From Chloroflexota bacterium (GTDB taxonomy: Bacteria > Chloroflexota > Dehalococcoidia > Lucifugimonadales > Australimonadaceae), in the NCBI GenBank assembly GCA_009838965.1, contig VXQP01000084.1, positions 15,819-79,818 of the forward strand: a DNA stretch of 64,000 nucleotides, given 5' to 3'. The translations under genes and the position numbers were made by a program. Shown in pieces: positions 48,371-58,318 of the stretch. Position 1 is the stretch's first letter. Each line of letters begins with the position of its first letter. The notes below the pieces were generated by a model. It was not told the origin of the DNA. It made no database searches and saw only the letters and a list, made by a program, of their open reading frames with translations.

Positions 48371-51300
48371 TCACGTCCCGGTCTCCAGCACACGATAGAC
48401 CGTAACCTCCTGGTTGGCAAAGAAGACCTTGAGTGACGACCCCACCATCGCGTCGAATTTCTCCAGTCCCGGCCTGGGGAAGTAAACGCGCTCCGTAGGC
48501 CCGACGTAGACGTACTCGACGCCATATTCCGACGCGAGGTCGAGGAAGAGCCGTTCACTCTCGGTCTCGTACATCAGGCTGACGTCGTAGATGCGTCCGT
48601 GCACGGCGGCGGGTTCATCTCCGCCCGCGCCACGCTGCTGTATCTGGTGCCACTGCCAGCCGACCACCACGGGCAGGCCGGTGTACTTGGCCACACGCGG
48701 AGGCCAGCGGTACGCATGCGCGGTAACGCCTTCCAGGAACACGGGCGACCCTTCGACGTTTGCACGGATGAAGTCTATGGCCTCGGCGTCGTAGCTCAAC
48801 GCGTATCTCGCCTCGGGCAGCCCTCTGTTCGGCTCGGCGGGATCGCCGTAGACCGTTGTCCACTGGTACGCGCGCCCGTCCAGCGTCACACCGACAGACG
48901 TATCGAATCTGTCCGCGAGGCGGGCCCGCGTGCCGAGCACAGGGAAGACAGCGCTCGCCAGCACGAGGACTGCCAGCGCGCCCAGCCAGATCTTCCCACC
49001 CTTGCTGCGGAAGCGGACCGCCCCTGAAGCCCACAAGTGCCACAGTCCAACGCCGCCAACGATGCCGAACAAGACCCACGCGTTCAGGTACAGCTTGAAC
49101 ACGGTGTTCATCCGGTCTATGTCGTTCTCAACGGTCACGAAGTCCACGCCGACGCCGATACCCAGCGCAAGGACGAGCATCACCAGCAGGAGCAGATGCA
49201 CCGGAGCAGCGCGCTCGTTGCTCCGGAAGAGCCAGACCAATGCGACCATCGACGCCCACAGGATGGCCAGCGACAGCAGCGCCGCCGTCAGCCACTCCCG
49301 CAACGTGTCCGACCACACGAAGGCGCCCCCCGCGAGCGCCAGCAGCAGCAAACCGATCGCCGGCACGGTCCGTCCACGCCATCCCGTGCCGTCCGCGTCC
49401 TCGTTCTCCAGCGCGGTACGTTTGAACACTTGCCGGCTCTCGAGCACGAGCCAGGAGAGCGCGGCGAACAGCAGCAATGCGTGTATGGCGAGGTACTGCC
49501 AGAGCACGGTGCGCCACTCGCTCAGCTTCACGCCCGAGGCGGGGACCTCGTAGTGCTGGTGGAACGGCAGCCACGTCGCGTAGAGCACTCCCCAGAACAA
49601 CACGGCCAGCAGCAACCCTTTCGCGATCGTCATCGGCTCCGGCGGGCCGCCGCGTACGAACAGCGCGATGGCGATCGCGGCGAGGCCCAGCAGGCCGTAC
49701 GCAGGCACCTCCCACGTGTTGATCGCGGCGAACGACCCCACGACGAACGCGAACGCTACGAGCGCGGGCAGCAGCCTTCGCAGCGGTAGCACCCTTCGCG
49801 CTCCCAGCACGAGGTTCGCTGCCAGCCCGACCGCCAGCACCTGGAATGGGAGCGATATGAGGTGGGCGTGAAGGTCGCCGAAGAGGAACGTCCAGAACGG
49901 GAACTCGTTGATGGCGATCTGGTCCGGCATCAGGCGGCTGCTGCGCCAGAAGTCGAAGCGTCCGAACGATTCATCCGTGATGCTGCGCCACGCGCCCTGC
50001 AGCAGCTGCGCTGCGCCATCCACGTTCGCCAGCACCGTTACGAGGAGGGCAGCGCCCACCCCGGCCCAGACCGGGCTGCATCGGCGTACGAGTTGCGTGC
50101 TCCGTTGCCGCAGCGCCTCCGCCAGGTTGTGGCCCACGCTGAACGCGCCGGTCAGCGTGAACGCGAACAGCATCGGCAAAGCCAAGTTGTAGGCGACCTC
50201 CGGCACGATACCGGTGAGCCGTATCAGCGCCGCTACCGGCACGAACCCGTAGTAGTAGTAGTTGATGAAGCCTCCAGCGTACCACGGGTCGTAGGGCGGG
50301 AACGTGGACGACTTCACGACGGCGATGAGGTACGCCATGTCCATCGGCTTCTCGCCGCCGCGCCAGGCGTGCCAGAGGTCCGGGTTCGCGGCCCGCACCA
50401 GCACAAATGCCAGGTACGCGGCGATGAACAACCCCTCCACGCTCGCGATGTACTTCCAGTGGCGTTTCGCCAGCGCGATGAGCCAGCGGTTGCGGTAGAG
50501 CAGCACGCCGGAGACCGCCGCCAGCAGCAGTATCGAGAGCCCCACGGTGGCGCGGGAGAACGTCCACACCCCGAGACTCGCTCCCATCCACACCAGCCAC
50601 GACACCAGCAGCAGCGCCAGCGGTTTCGCGAGCACGACGCCTCTGTCGGGCAGCCAGCGCATCAGCCGCACGGCGAGCGGGAGACCGGCGAGGAAGATGA
50701 CTTCGATAGCGACCAGCCAGACGAGCCAGGGCGCCCAGTCGTTCAGTCCACCCTCGTCGAAGATGTCCGTCCACGTGCCACCCGCCTGCTGCACGGCGCG
50801 GTCTTTGTCGCTCAGCAACGCTCGCTCGGGCGGCGGGTCGAGATCACCCAGGAACATGATTTCGCTGATCTCGTGCTCACCGAGGCGTTCCACGTTCTGC
50901 CACACGAGCACGAGGGGATGGTCGTAGTTCGTGACGTTCTCGTCCGCGTAGCCCAGGTTGAGCGCAAGCGCACCGGTCTCCACGCCCGGCACACTCTCCG
51001 GGCGCTCCATACCCGCCACGGTGAACGGGTCGTGCACGAACGACACACCCGTGAGGGTGGGATAGCGGGCGAAGCCGCGCACGAGTTCGAAGCCAAGCTC
51101 GCCGGAGAAGAGCGCCCGGTAGTACGCCGCACTGTAGGGGTAGCGCTCCGGCACCCGGGAGATGCTCCCCCAGGGCCGGTTGCTGTACGACATGATGTAG
51201 TCCGCATCGGCAACCTGGGCGGCCACCTCCGACGCCTTGCTGAACGTATCGCCCTCGTACATGCGCAGTTGGTCGACGTTGAACCGTCCGAGGTTGGGGA

Positions 51301-52798
51301 AGCCCTCGTCCCAGTGGTTGTCGGTCACGACGTTTGAACGCGCCGGAACGTTCTCGTTCATCCAGGCAGACGCCTGTATGCCCGGGTGGTCCGTGAAGTA
51401 GATCAAGGCGAACGCGAGCGCGTAGAAGGCGGTCGAAGCCACGACGAACGCCATCACCGCTTTGACGACACGCTCCCACGCGATCCCTCGCGCCCGCGCG
51501 AACCGGTACGCCTCCATGAGCCAGTGGCTTCCGAGCAGGACGAGCACGAGCAACGTGGGGGCCACGTAGCGTAGGAACTTCACCTCGAAGAGCGGCACGA
51601 TGCCCGCGAGGAGGACGACGACCCAGGAGATGAGGAGCCACTCGCCGATGCGCGGACGCCGCAGTCCCGCTATCAGGGACGCAGCCAGTCCTCCCCACGC
51701 AACGACGCCAAGCGGCAGGCCCAAAGCCCAGAGCGCCGTCTGCCGCAGTTCGTAAAGGCCGTTGCGCGGTATGCCGACGTACTGGAGCGTGTACGGCACG
51801 AGCCCGGCGGTGCGCGCGACCATTCCTTCCCAACCGAGGTCCGCCACGTACTTCCGGTAGTCGATCAGCGCGTACGGCTGCAGCACGATGAAGGTGAGGA
51901 GAGCAGCGCCGAACGCGAGCGCAGCAGGCCGCACCAGCGGCTGTACGAGCAGCCGGCCCCGTTCGCCGGTCTCCCACTGTCGCCACAGGAGCGCAGCGTA
52001 GGTGAGGGCGACCGGCGCGAGTATCGGCAGGCTGCTGCCTCTGAACGCGAAGGTCATCCCGATGACCAGGCCGAGAACGGCGTGGTCGCGGAGGTGTCCA
52101 CGCTCCAGCACGTTCCGCATCCACCAGAAGGCGATCAGCGCCAGCAGCACCACGAACGACTCCGGGCGGTAGAAATGCGTGACCTGGATGTTGAAGACCG
52201 TGAAGGCTCCGAGCGCTGCGGCGAGCAGACCCGCGCCGTGCCCGAAGAGCCGCCGTCCCAGGAAGAACAACAGCACTACGGAGGCAGTATCCGCGAACGC
52301 CGCCAGCGCCCGCCCCGCCGACGCCAGGTCCTCCAGCCGCACCTGGTCCATGAACGGTTCCAAGACGAAACGGATGCCGACCAGCAGGTAGATGATGATA
52401 GTGCCGAGTGGGAACCAGTGTGGATTGAGCGGGCTCGCGTCCTTGTCCAGGAACGTGCCGATGCCGGGGAAGCCCGGCCTGTCCTCCGGGAAATCGCGGT
52501 TCTGGCACGAGTCCCACCCCGGGGCCTCGGTCAGCACCCGGTACATGCAGTCCGCGCGGAGGTAGATGGAGCGTTCGTCCGGGTGGTAGAGGCTGCCGCC
52601 GTCCCAGTCGAGGCCGTTCATCCGCAGCCCGAGCGCGGCGGCAGCGATCAGTACGAGGATGAAGACCCACGCGGGCATGGCCCTGAGCCATCCGCGCACC
52701 AGCGCGAGCTCGGCGGCCACGCTCGACGGTCGCTCCTGCGGCTCAGTCTCCGTGGCGCTGGGCGGGGAAGGCAGCGCGTCGGTTGACATATCGCTCAC
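48371..52798 (-). CDS. Giant polytopic membrane protein with a YYY motif (chlor_Arch_YYY / DUF2298-like, GT-C glycosyltransferase-like)
   Basis: 1475 aa with more than 20 predicted TM helices. It has an N-terminal ArnT/PMT-like region and the hallmark GGFINYYYYGF, which I recognise from the Chloroflexi/Archaea YYY family. Confidence 0.75.
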   Translation of the reverse strand: MSDMSTDALPSPPSATETEPQERPSSVAAELALVRGWLRAMPAWVFILVLIAAAALGLRMNGLDWDGGSLYHPDERSIYLRADCMYRVLTEAPGWDSCQNRDFPEDRPGFPGIGTFLDKDASPLNPHWFPLGTIIIYLLVGIRFVLEPFMDQVRLEDLASAGRALAAFADTASVVLLFFLGRRLFGHGAGLLAAALGAFTVFNIQVTHFYRPESFVVLLALIAFWWMRNVLERGHLRDHAVLGLVIGMTFAFRGSSLPILAPVALTYAALLWRQWETGERGRLLVQPLVRPAALAFGAALLTFIVLQPYALIDYRKYVADLGWEGMVARTAGLVPYTLQYVGIPRNGLYELRQTALWALGLPLGVVAWGGLAASLIAGLRRPRIGEWLLISWVVVLLAGIVPLFEVKFLRYVAPTLLVLVLLGSHWLMEAYRFARARGIAWERVVKAVMAFVVASTAFYALAFALIYFTDHPGIQASAWMNENVPARSNVVTDNHWDEGFPNLGRFNVDQLRMYEGDTFSKASEVAAQVADADYIMSYSNRPWGSISRVPERYPYSAAYYRALFSGELGFELVRGFARYPTLTGVSFVHDPFTVAGMERPESVPGVETGALALNLGYADENVTNYDHPLVLVWQNVERLGEHEISEIMFLGDLDPPPERALLSDKDRAVQQAGGTWTDIFDEGGLNDWAPWLVWLVAIEVIFLAGLPLAVRLMRWLPDRGVVLAKPLALLLVSWLVWMGASLGVWTFSRATVGLSILLLAAVSGVLLYRNRWLIALAKRHWKYIASVEGLFIAAYLAFVLVRAANPDLWHAWRGGEKPMDMAYLIAVVKSSTFPPYDPWYAGGFINYYYYGFVPVAALIRLTGIVPEVAYNLALPMLFAFTLTGAFSVGHNLAEALRQRSTQLVRRCSPVWAGVGAALLVTVLANVDGAAQLLQGAWRSITDESFGRFDFWRSSRLMPDQIAINEFPFWTFLFGDLHAHLISLPFQVLAVGLAANLVLGARRVLPLRRLLPALVAFAFVVGSFAAINTWEVPAYGLLGLAAIAIALFVRGGPPEPMTIAKGLLLAVLFWGVLYATWLPFHQHYEVPASGVKLSEWRTVLWQYLAIHALLLFAALSWLVLESRQVFKRTALENEDADGTGWRGRTVPAIGLLLLALAGGAFVWSDTLREWLTAALLSLAILWASMVALVWLFRSNERAAPVHLLLLVMLVLALGIGVGVDFVTVENDIDRMNTVFKLYLNAWVLFGIVGGVGLWHLWASGAVRFRSKGGKIWLGALAVLVLASAVFPVLGTRARLADRFDTSVGVTLDGRAYQWTTVYGDPAEPNRGLPEARYALSYDAEAIDFIRANVEGSPVFLEGVTAHAYRWPPRVAKYTGLPVVVGWQWHQIQQRGAGGDEPAAVHGRIYDVSLMYETESERLFLDLASEYGVEYVYVGPTERVYFPRPGLEKFDAMVGSSLKVFFANQEVTVYRVLETGT

Positions 52799-52829
52799 GA
52801 ACGGCAGGCCGCGAACCTACGGCGTGGGC

Positions 52830-52862
52830 GCGGGCCTGCACACATGCGATGCGCAGGCCCGC
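52830..52862. terminator. Hairpin downstream of gap
   Basis: 10-bp perfect stem gcgggcctgc / gcaggcccgc with a 13-nt loop, 17 nt after the gap stop on the minus strand. Confidence 0.45.
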
Positions 52863-52878
52863 AGCGAAGTGCCGTGCC

Positions 52879-53892
52879 TTAGAGGCCTTTCTCCGCAATC
52901 ATCGCCGTAAGGTCGGATGTGCGGCAGGAGTAACCCCATTCGTTGTCGTACCAGCCGAGCACCTTCACCATGTTGCCCTCCATCACCATGGTGGAGTCGG
53001 CATCGAAGATGCAGCTGGCCGGGTTCATCTTGATGTCGCTGCTGACGATGGGGTCTTCGGTGTATTCGAGGATGCCATTCAGCGCGCCCTCGGCGGCCTT
53101 CCGGAACGCCTCGTTGACCTCTTCCTTCGTCACGTCGCGCCCGACGTCCGCGACGAAGTCGGTGATGGAGCCCGTGGGCACGGGCACTCGCAGCGCCATG
53201 CCATGCAGTTTGCCGTTCAGCTCCGGGATCACCACGCCGACGACCTTCGCGGCGCCGGTGCTGGTGGGGATGATGTTGGACGCGGCGGCGCGGGCGCGGC
53301 GCATGTCCGAGTGCACCTGGTCGAGGATCTGCTGGTCGTTCGTGTAGGCGTGGACGGTGGTCATCAACCCGTGCTGGATGCCGAACTCGTCGTTGAGGAC
53401 CTTGATGAGCTGCGCCACGCAGTTGGTCGTGCAGGACGCGTTGGAGAGGACGTGGTGCGCGTCGGGGTCGTACTCGTCCGCGTTCACGCCCAGCACGAGC
53501 GTCTTGTCCTCGCCGGTGGCGGGCGCGGAGATGATGACCTTCTTCGCTCCGGCTTCGATGTGGCCCGCGGCTTTCTCGCGCTGCGTGAAGATACCGGTCG
53601 ACTCGATGACGATGTCCACGCCCAGGTCTCCCCACGGCAGGTCGGCCGGGTTGCGCTCCGAGAGCGACTGGATGAGGCGCCCGTCCACCTCGATGCCGCC
53701 GTCCACGGCCTGCACCGTGCCGGGGTAGCGCCCATAGTTCGAATCGTACTTGAAGAGGTGCGCGTTCGCCTGCGGCGCCGCGAGGTCGTTCACCGCGACC
53801 ACTTCCAACTCGTCAGGGTGCCGTTCCAGCGTCGCCCGGAGCACCTGCCTGCCGATGCGCCCAAAGCCGTTGATGCCAACTCTCGTGCTCAT
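52879..53892 (-). CDS. gap: Type I glyceraldehyde-3-phosphate dehydrogenase
   Basis: [11 protein letters not shown], the active site SNASCTTNC, and WYDNEWGYS. Confidence 0.96.
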   Translation of the reverse strand: MSTRVGINGFGRIGRQVLRATLERHPDELEVVAVNDLAAPQANAHLFKYDSNYGRYPGTVQAVDGGIEVDGRLIQSLSERNPADLPWGDLGVDIVIESTGIFTQREKAAGHIEAGAKKVIISAPATGEDKTLVLGVNADEYDPDAHHVLSNASCTTNCVAQLIKVLNDEFGIQHGLMTTVHAYTNDQQILDQVHSDMRRARAAASNIIPTSTGAAKVVGVVIPELNGKLHGMALRVPVPTGSITDFVADVGRDVTKEEVNEAFRKAAEGALNGILEYTEDPIVSSDIKMNPASCIFDADSTMVMEGNMVKVLGWYDNEWGYSCRTSDLTAMIAEKGL

Positions 53893-53971
53893 ACGCCTCT
53901 TTCTCCTCCTTGCATCGCCTCGTCCGAGGCCTCCATGCTATAGACCGTTCGCCTGCACAACAAGGCGCGGG

Positions 53972-54433
53972 TCAGGCCGTCCTGCTGACCGCGTCGCTCG
54001 CCGGTTGCCATGCTTCGTTGTGGATGCTGTCGTCGATCCACTCCCGCAGCTCGATGCCGATGCCGTTCGGGTCGAGGATCTCCGCGCGCCAGCCGTTGAA
54101 CGACGACCCCGACTTCGGCTCCTGCACGAACGTCACGCCGCGCTCGCGCAGTGCAGCGGCGGTCGCCTCCATGTCCTCCACCGTGAGCGCGATCGCCTTG
54201 ACCCCCATGCGCCCCACGTCCACCTCCTCGGACGCTCGCTCCGCGGGCGCGGCGATGAGCTCGATCATCATGCCGCCGAGCGTGATGCACGCCTGCTCGT
54301 GCGCCGTGCCGTCCGGCCGGTGCGCCACCGTGGTACGCAGGTGCTGGAAGCCGAGCACGTCCGTGTAGAACGCGAGCGACTCCTGCATGTCCTTCGCCCA
54401 GACCTCCACGTGGTCCATGCCCGTGATACCCAT
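53972..54433 (-). CDS. VOC (glyoxalase) family protein
   Basis: The ATG at 54433 has GGAGG upstream and lies 4 nt after the eno stop: MGITGMDHVEVWAKDMQESLAFYTDVLGF...AEILDPNGIGIEL. The track ORF start (54661) lies inside eno. Confidence 0.75.
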   Translation of the reverse strand: MGITGMDHVEVWAKDMQESLAFYTDVLGFQHLRTTVAHRPDGTAHEQACITLGGMMIELIAAPAERASEEVDVGRMGVKAIALTVEDMEATAAALRERGVTFVQEPKSGSSFNGWRAEILDPNGIGIELREWIDDSIHNEAWQPASDAVSRTA

Positions 54434-54437
54434 CTCG

Positions 54438-55733
<1,296 letters not shown>

Positions 55734-56285
55734 TCAGTGTGCCGCGGCGCGCTCCCTTGCGTCGCGCTCATGCGCAGCGGCGATCGCCTTCTCCACTGCG
55801 TCTGTGGGCGAGTCCGCCCGCGTGATCTCCAGGGGGTAGCCGTCGCCGCTCGCCAGTTCCCACGTTTCGAGCCCGATGACCGGCGTTCCGTCGCCCAGCG
55901 CGTGGGCTATCTCGGAGAGCGTGCCGTATGCGCCGTCCACGGCGATAGCCGCGCGCCCCGTCTTGACCACGATGACGTTCCGCGCGTAGCCCATCCCGGT
56001 CATCACCGGGTAGTCTACCCACGGGTTCGCGGCGCGCGGGTCGCTCCCGGGCATCATCCCTATCGTGACGCCGCCCGCGGACTTGGCCCCCTTGCACGCG
56101 GCCTCCATCACGCCGCCGAGCCCTCCGCACACCACGACCGCGCCGCGTTGCGCGAGCTCCCGCCCCACGGCCTCCGCCAGCTCGTAGGCGCGGGCAGACG
56201 GCGCGCCGCCTCCTATCACCGAGATCAGCAGGGGGCGTTCCGAAGCGTCCGATGGGTGCGAAGTGTTGGTCGGCGGGTTCGTCAT
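55734..56285 (-). CDS. TIGR00725 / LOG-like Rossmann-fold protein
   Basis: VIGGG...A..LA..VG..LA..G..VVCGGLGGVMEAA.KGA...GG.TIG..P pattern, followed by GAYGTLSEIA. Confidence 0.65.
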   Translation of the reverse strand: MTNPPTNTSHPSDASERPLLISVIGGGAPSARAYELAEAVGRELAQRGAVVVCGGLGGVMEAACKGAKSAGGVTIGMMPGSDPRAANPWVDYPVMTGMGYARNVIVVKTGRAAIAVDGAYGTLSEIAHALGDGTPVIGLETWELASGDGYPLEITRADSPTDAVEKAIAAAHERDARERAAAH

Positions 56286-56377
56286 ACTCTGGCCCGTGCG
56301 GCACGTTCGATTCTATCAGGCAAGCGCTTCCCATGGCCCGCCGACGCGGACTGCTCCCGTGGAGCCCGGCCTCTCCT

Positions 56378-56514
56378 GAACAAGAATGTCAACGGGGGGC
56401 GCCTTGAGATCCTTGTTCGCGATTTCCAGGAGTAAACGGGGATGCCGTTTTGACATTCTTGTTCCGTCCGTGACAGGCATTTTCATGGCCGTGGCCTGCT
56501 CCCCGCGAACAAGG
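56378..56514. promoter_or_regulatory. Four copies of a GAACAAG core arranged as two interleaved perfect inverted repeats (candidate operator array)
   Basis: gaacaagaatgtcaa (56378-56392) pairs with ttgacattcttgttc (56450-56464). ccttgttcgcg (56411-56421) pairs with cgcgaacaagg (56504-56514). The array lies in a locally G+C-poor intergenic region, 93-230 nt upstream of the TIGR00725-like/eno/VOC gene set. Confidence 0.45.
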
Positions 56515-56670
56515 GAACAACAATCTCATACGTTTACAAGTTTGGGCGACGACGAGGGTGTCTCATCCTGTTTCTTTCTGTTGCACGAGGCAGTCCGCCA
56601 GCGAGCTGGGTAGTCATGGGAACATGGTAGGGAGGTGTGCATCGTTCACGCAACGGGCGGATGTCACGGG

Positions 56671-56857
56671 GACAACCCTCACCCACGCGCTGAAGCGCGT
56701 TGCCCTCTCCCAGCGGGCGAGGGGAGCAGAACCCCCTGCCGCCCCACCGTGTGACCTGCCCGGTCACTCTGGATTCCCGCCTGTGCGGGAATGACGGAGA
56801 CAAGGGCGCCCACAAGGGACGCCCCTACACCGGGCAAGGTTCCTGCCTTCGCAGGAA
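56671..56857. repeat. Composite of at least four REP-like hairpin modules downstream of nuoN
   Basis: Modules: acgcgc-tgaa-gcgcgt within ccctcaccc...gagggg; attcccgc-ctgt-gcgggaat (56773-56792); gggcg-cccacaaggga-cgccc; and ttcctgc-cttc-gcaggaa (56840-56857). Related modules occur near 9749, 28688, 34871 and 40372. Confidence 0.7.
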
Positions 56858-56867
56858 TGACGTGCGC

Positions 56868-58316
56868 CTACAGGAACGGGGCGAGGGCGCCCACCGCGGC
56901 TCCGGCGGCGTCCATGAGCGGGGCGGGGTAGACGCCCACGAAGACAGTGCCGGCGAAGAGGAACCAGACAGGCACGGACGCCGCGACGTGCAGGCGCAGA
57001 CGTCCCGTCTCGGCTGCCTCCCCCACGTACATCTCCCGCACGATGCGCAGGTAGTAGTAGAGCGAGACGAGGCTGTTCACGACCGCGATCACCATGAGCC
57101 AGAAGAGCCCGCCCTCGACGGCGGAGGTGAAGAGCAGGAACTTCGTGACGAAGCCCGCGAAGATGGGCAGTCCCGCGAGCGAAAACATCGCCGCCGACAT
57201 CACCATCGCGAGGAACGGCGAACGCGACGCCAGCCCGGCGTAGTCGGCGATGCGCTCCTTGCCGGTCTTCGCCTCAACGGCGATCACCACCGCGAACGCG
57301 GCAAGGTTCGTGAACGAGTAGCCCGCGATGTGCAGCAGCGCGGCCCGTGCGCCGGACTCGTTGAGCGCGATGATGCCGATCAGCACGAACCCCACCTGGG
57401 CCACGCTGCTGTAGGCGAGCAGCCGCTTGATGTTCTCCTGCACCAGCGCAGTGAACGTCCCCACCGTCATCGTCAGCGCCGCAAGGATCGCAAGCGCCAG
57501 CTGCCACTCTCCCAGCGTCGCATTCCCCGCTTCGGCGAGGAAACGCAGCGTCAGCGCGAACGCAGCCGCTTTGGAGAGGACGGACACCAGCGCTGTGACC
57601 GGCGTGGGCGCGCCCTCGTAGACGTCCGGCGCCCAGAGGTGGAACGGCGCCATGGAAAGTTTGAAACCGAGTCCGGCGACGAACATGCCCAGTCCCAGCG
57701 CCACCGTCGGCCCGAACACCGCCTCCAGGAGCAGCTCCGAACGCCGGAAGCCCGTCTCCCCGATCGCGCCGTATATCAGCGCGATGCCGAACAGCATGAC
57801 CGCGGACGAGATCGCGCCCAGCAGGATGTATTTCACCGCGGCCTCGCCCGACCGGGAGTCGCCCCGGCTCAGCGCGACCAGCACGTAGAGGCAGAACGCC
57901 AGCAGCTCGATGGCGATATAGGCCGTCAGCAGCTCCGCCGCGCCCGCCATGAGGACGGCGCCCAGCACCGCGAACACGATGAGCGCGTAGAACTCCCCGG
58001 CATGGCGGATGCGGGTGTGAACGTACTCCATGGAGATGAGCACGACCGCGGCCCCGATGGCCATAGCCAGCGCCTTGAACAGCAACGCGTAGCGGTCCAC
58101 GTAGATCAGGTGCTCGTACAGGATCTCGTGCGTGTCCCACTGCATCCAGAGCGTGACGGCGAATGTCATCGCCAGGCCCAGGACCGTGAGCGCGGCGAGC
58201 ACGCCGTTCTTCGCGCCGCGCGATGCCCACGGGACCGAGAAGTCCACGACGAGCACCAGCACGCCAAGTCCGGCGAGCATGAACTCCGGTATCAGGAGTG
58301 TGAAGTCCACCTGCAT
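56868..58316 (-). CDS. nuoN: NADH-quinone oxidoreductase subunit N
   Basis: 482-aa antiporter-like subunit, last gene of the nuo series (FHLWAPDVYEGAPTPVTA). Confidence 0.92.
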   Translation of the reverse strand: MQVDFTLLIPEFMLAGLGVLVLVVDFSVPWASRGAKNGVLAALTVLGLAMTFAVTLWMQWDTHEILYEHLIYVDRYALLFKALAMAIGAAVVLISMEYVHTRIRHAGEFYALIVFAVLGAVLMAGAAELLTAYIAIELLAFCLYVLVALSRGDSRSGEAAVKYILLGAISSAVMLFGIALIYGAIGETGFRRSELLLEAVFGPTVALGLGMFVAGLGFKLSMAPFHLWAPDVYEGAPTPVTALVSVLSKAAAFALTLRFLAEAGNATLGEWQLALAILAALTMTVGTFTALVQENIKRLLAYSSVAQVGFVLIGIIALNESGARAALLHIAGYSFTNLAAFAVVIAVEAKTGKERIADYAGLASRSPFLAMVMSAAMFSLAGLPIFAGFVTKFLLFTSAVEGGLFWLMVIAVVNSLVSLYYYLRIVREMYVGEAAETGRLRLHVAASVPVWFLFAGTVFVGVYPAPLMDAAGAAVGALAPFL

Positions 58317-58318
58317 CG

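Noticed and set aside
56386-56613. 75-aa plus-strand ORF, and the 93-aa minus-strand ORF (56534-56815), in the nuoN-downstream intergenic region
   Set aside because: They run through inverted repeats and REP-like modules and have no RBS. Their sequences are the translated-repeat type (for example ...GEGNALQRVGEG...). The region is better explained as regulatory or repeat DNA.
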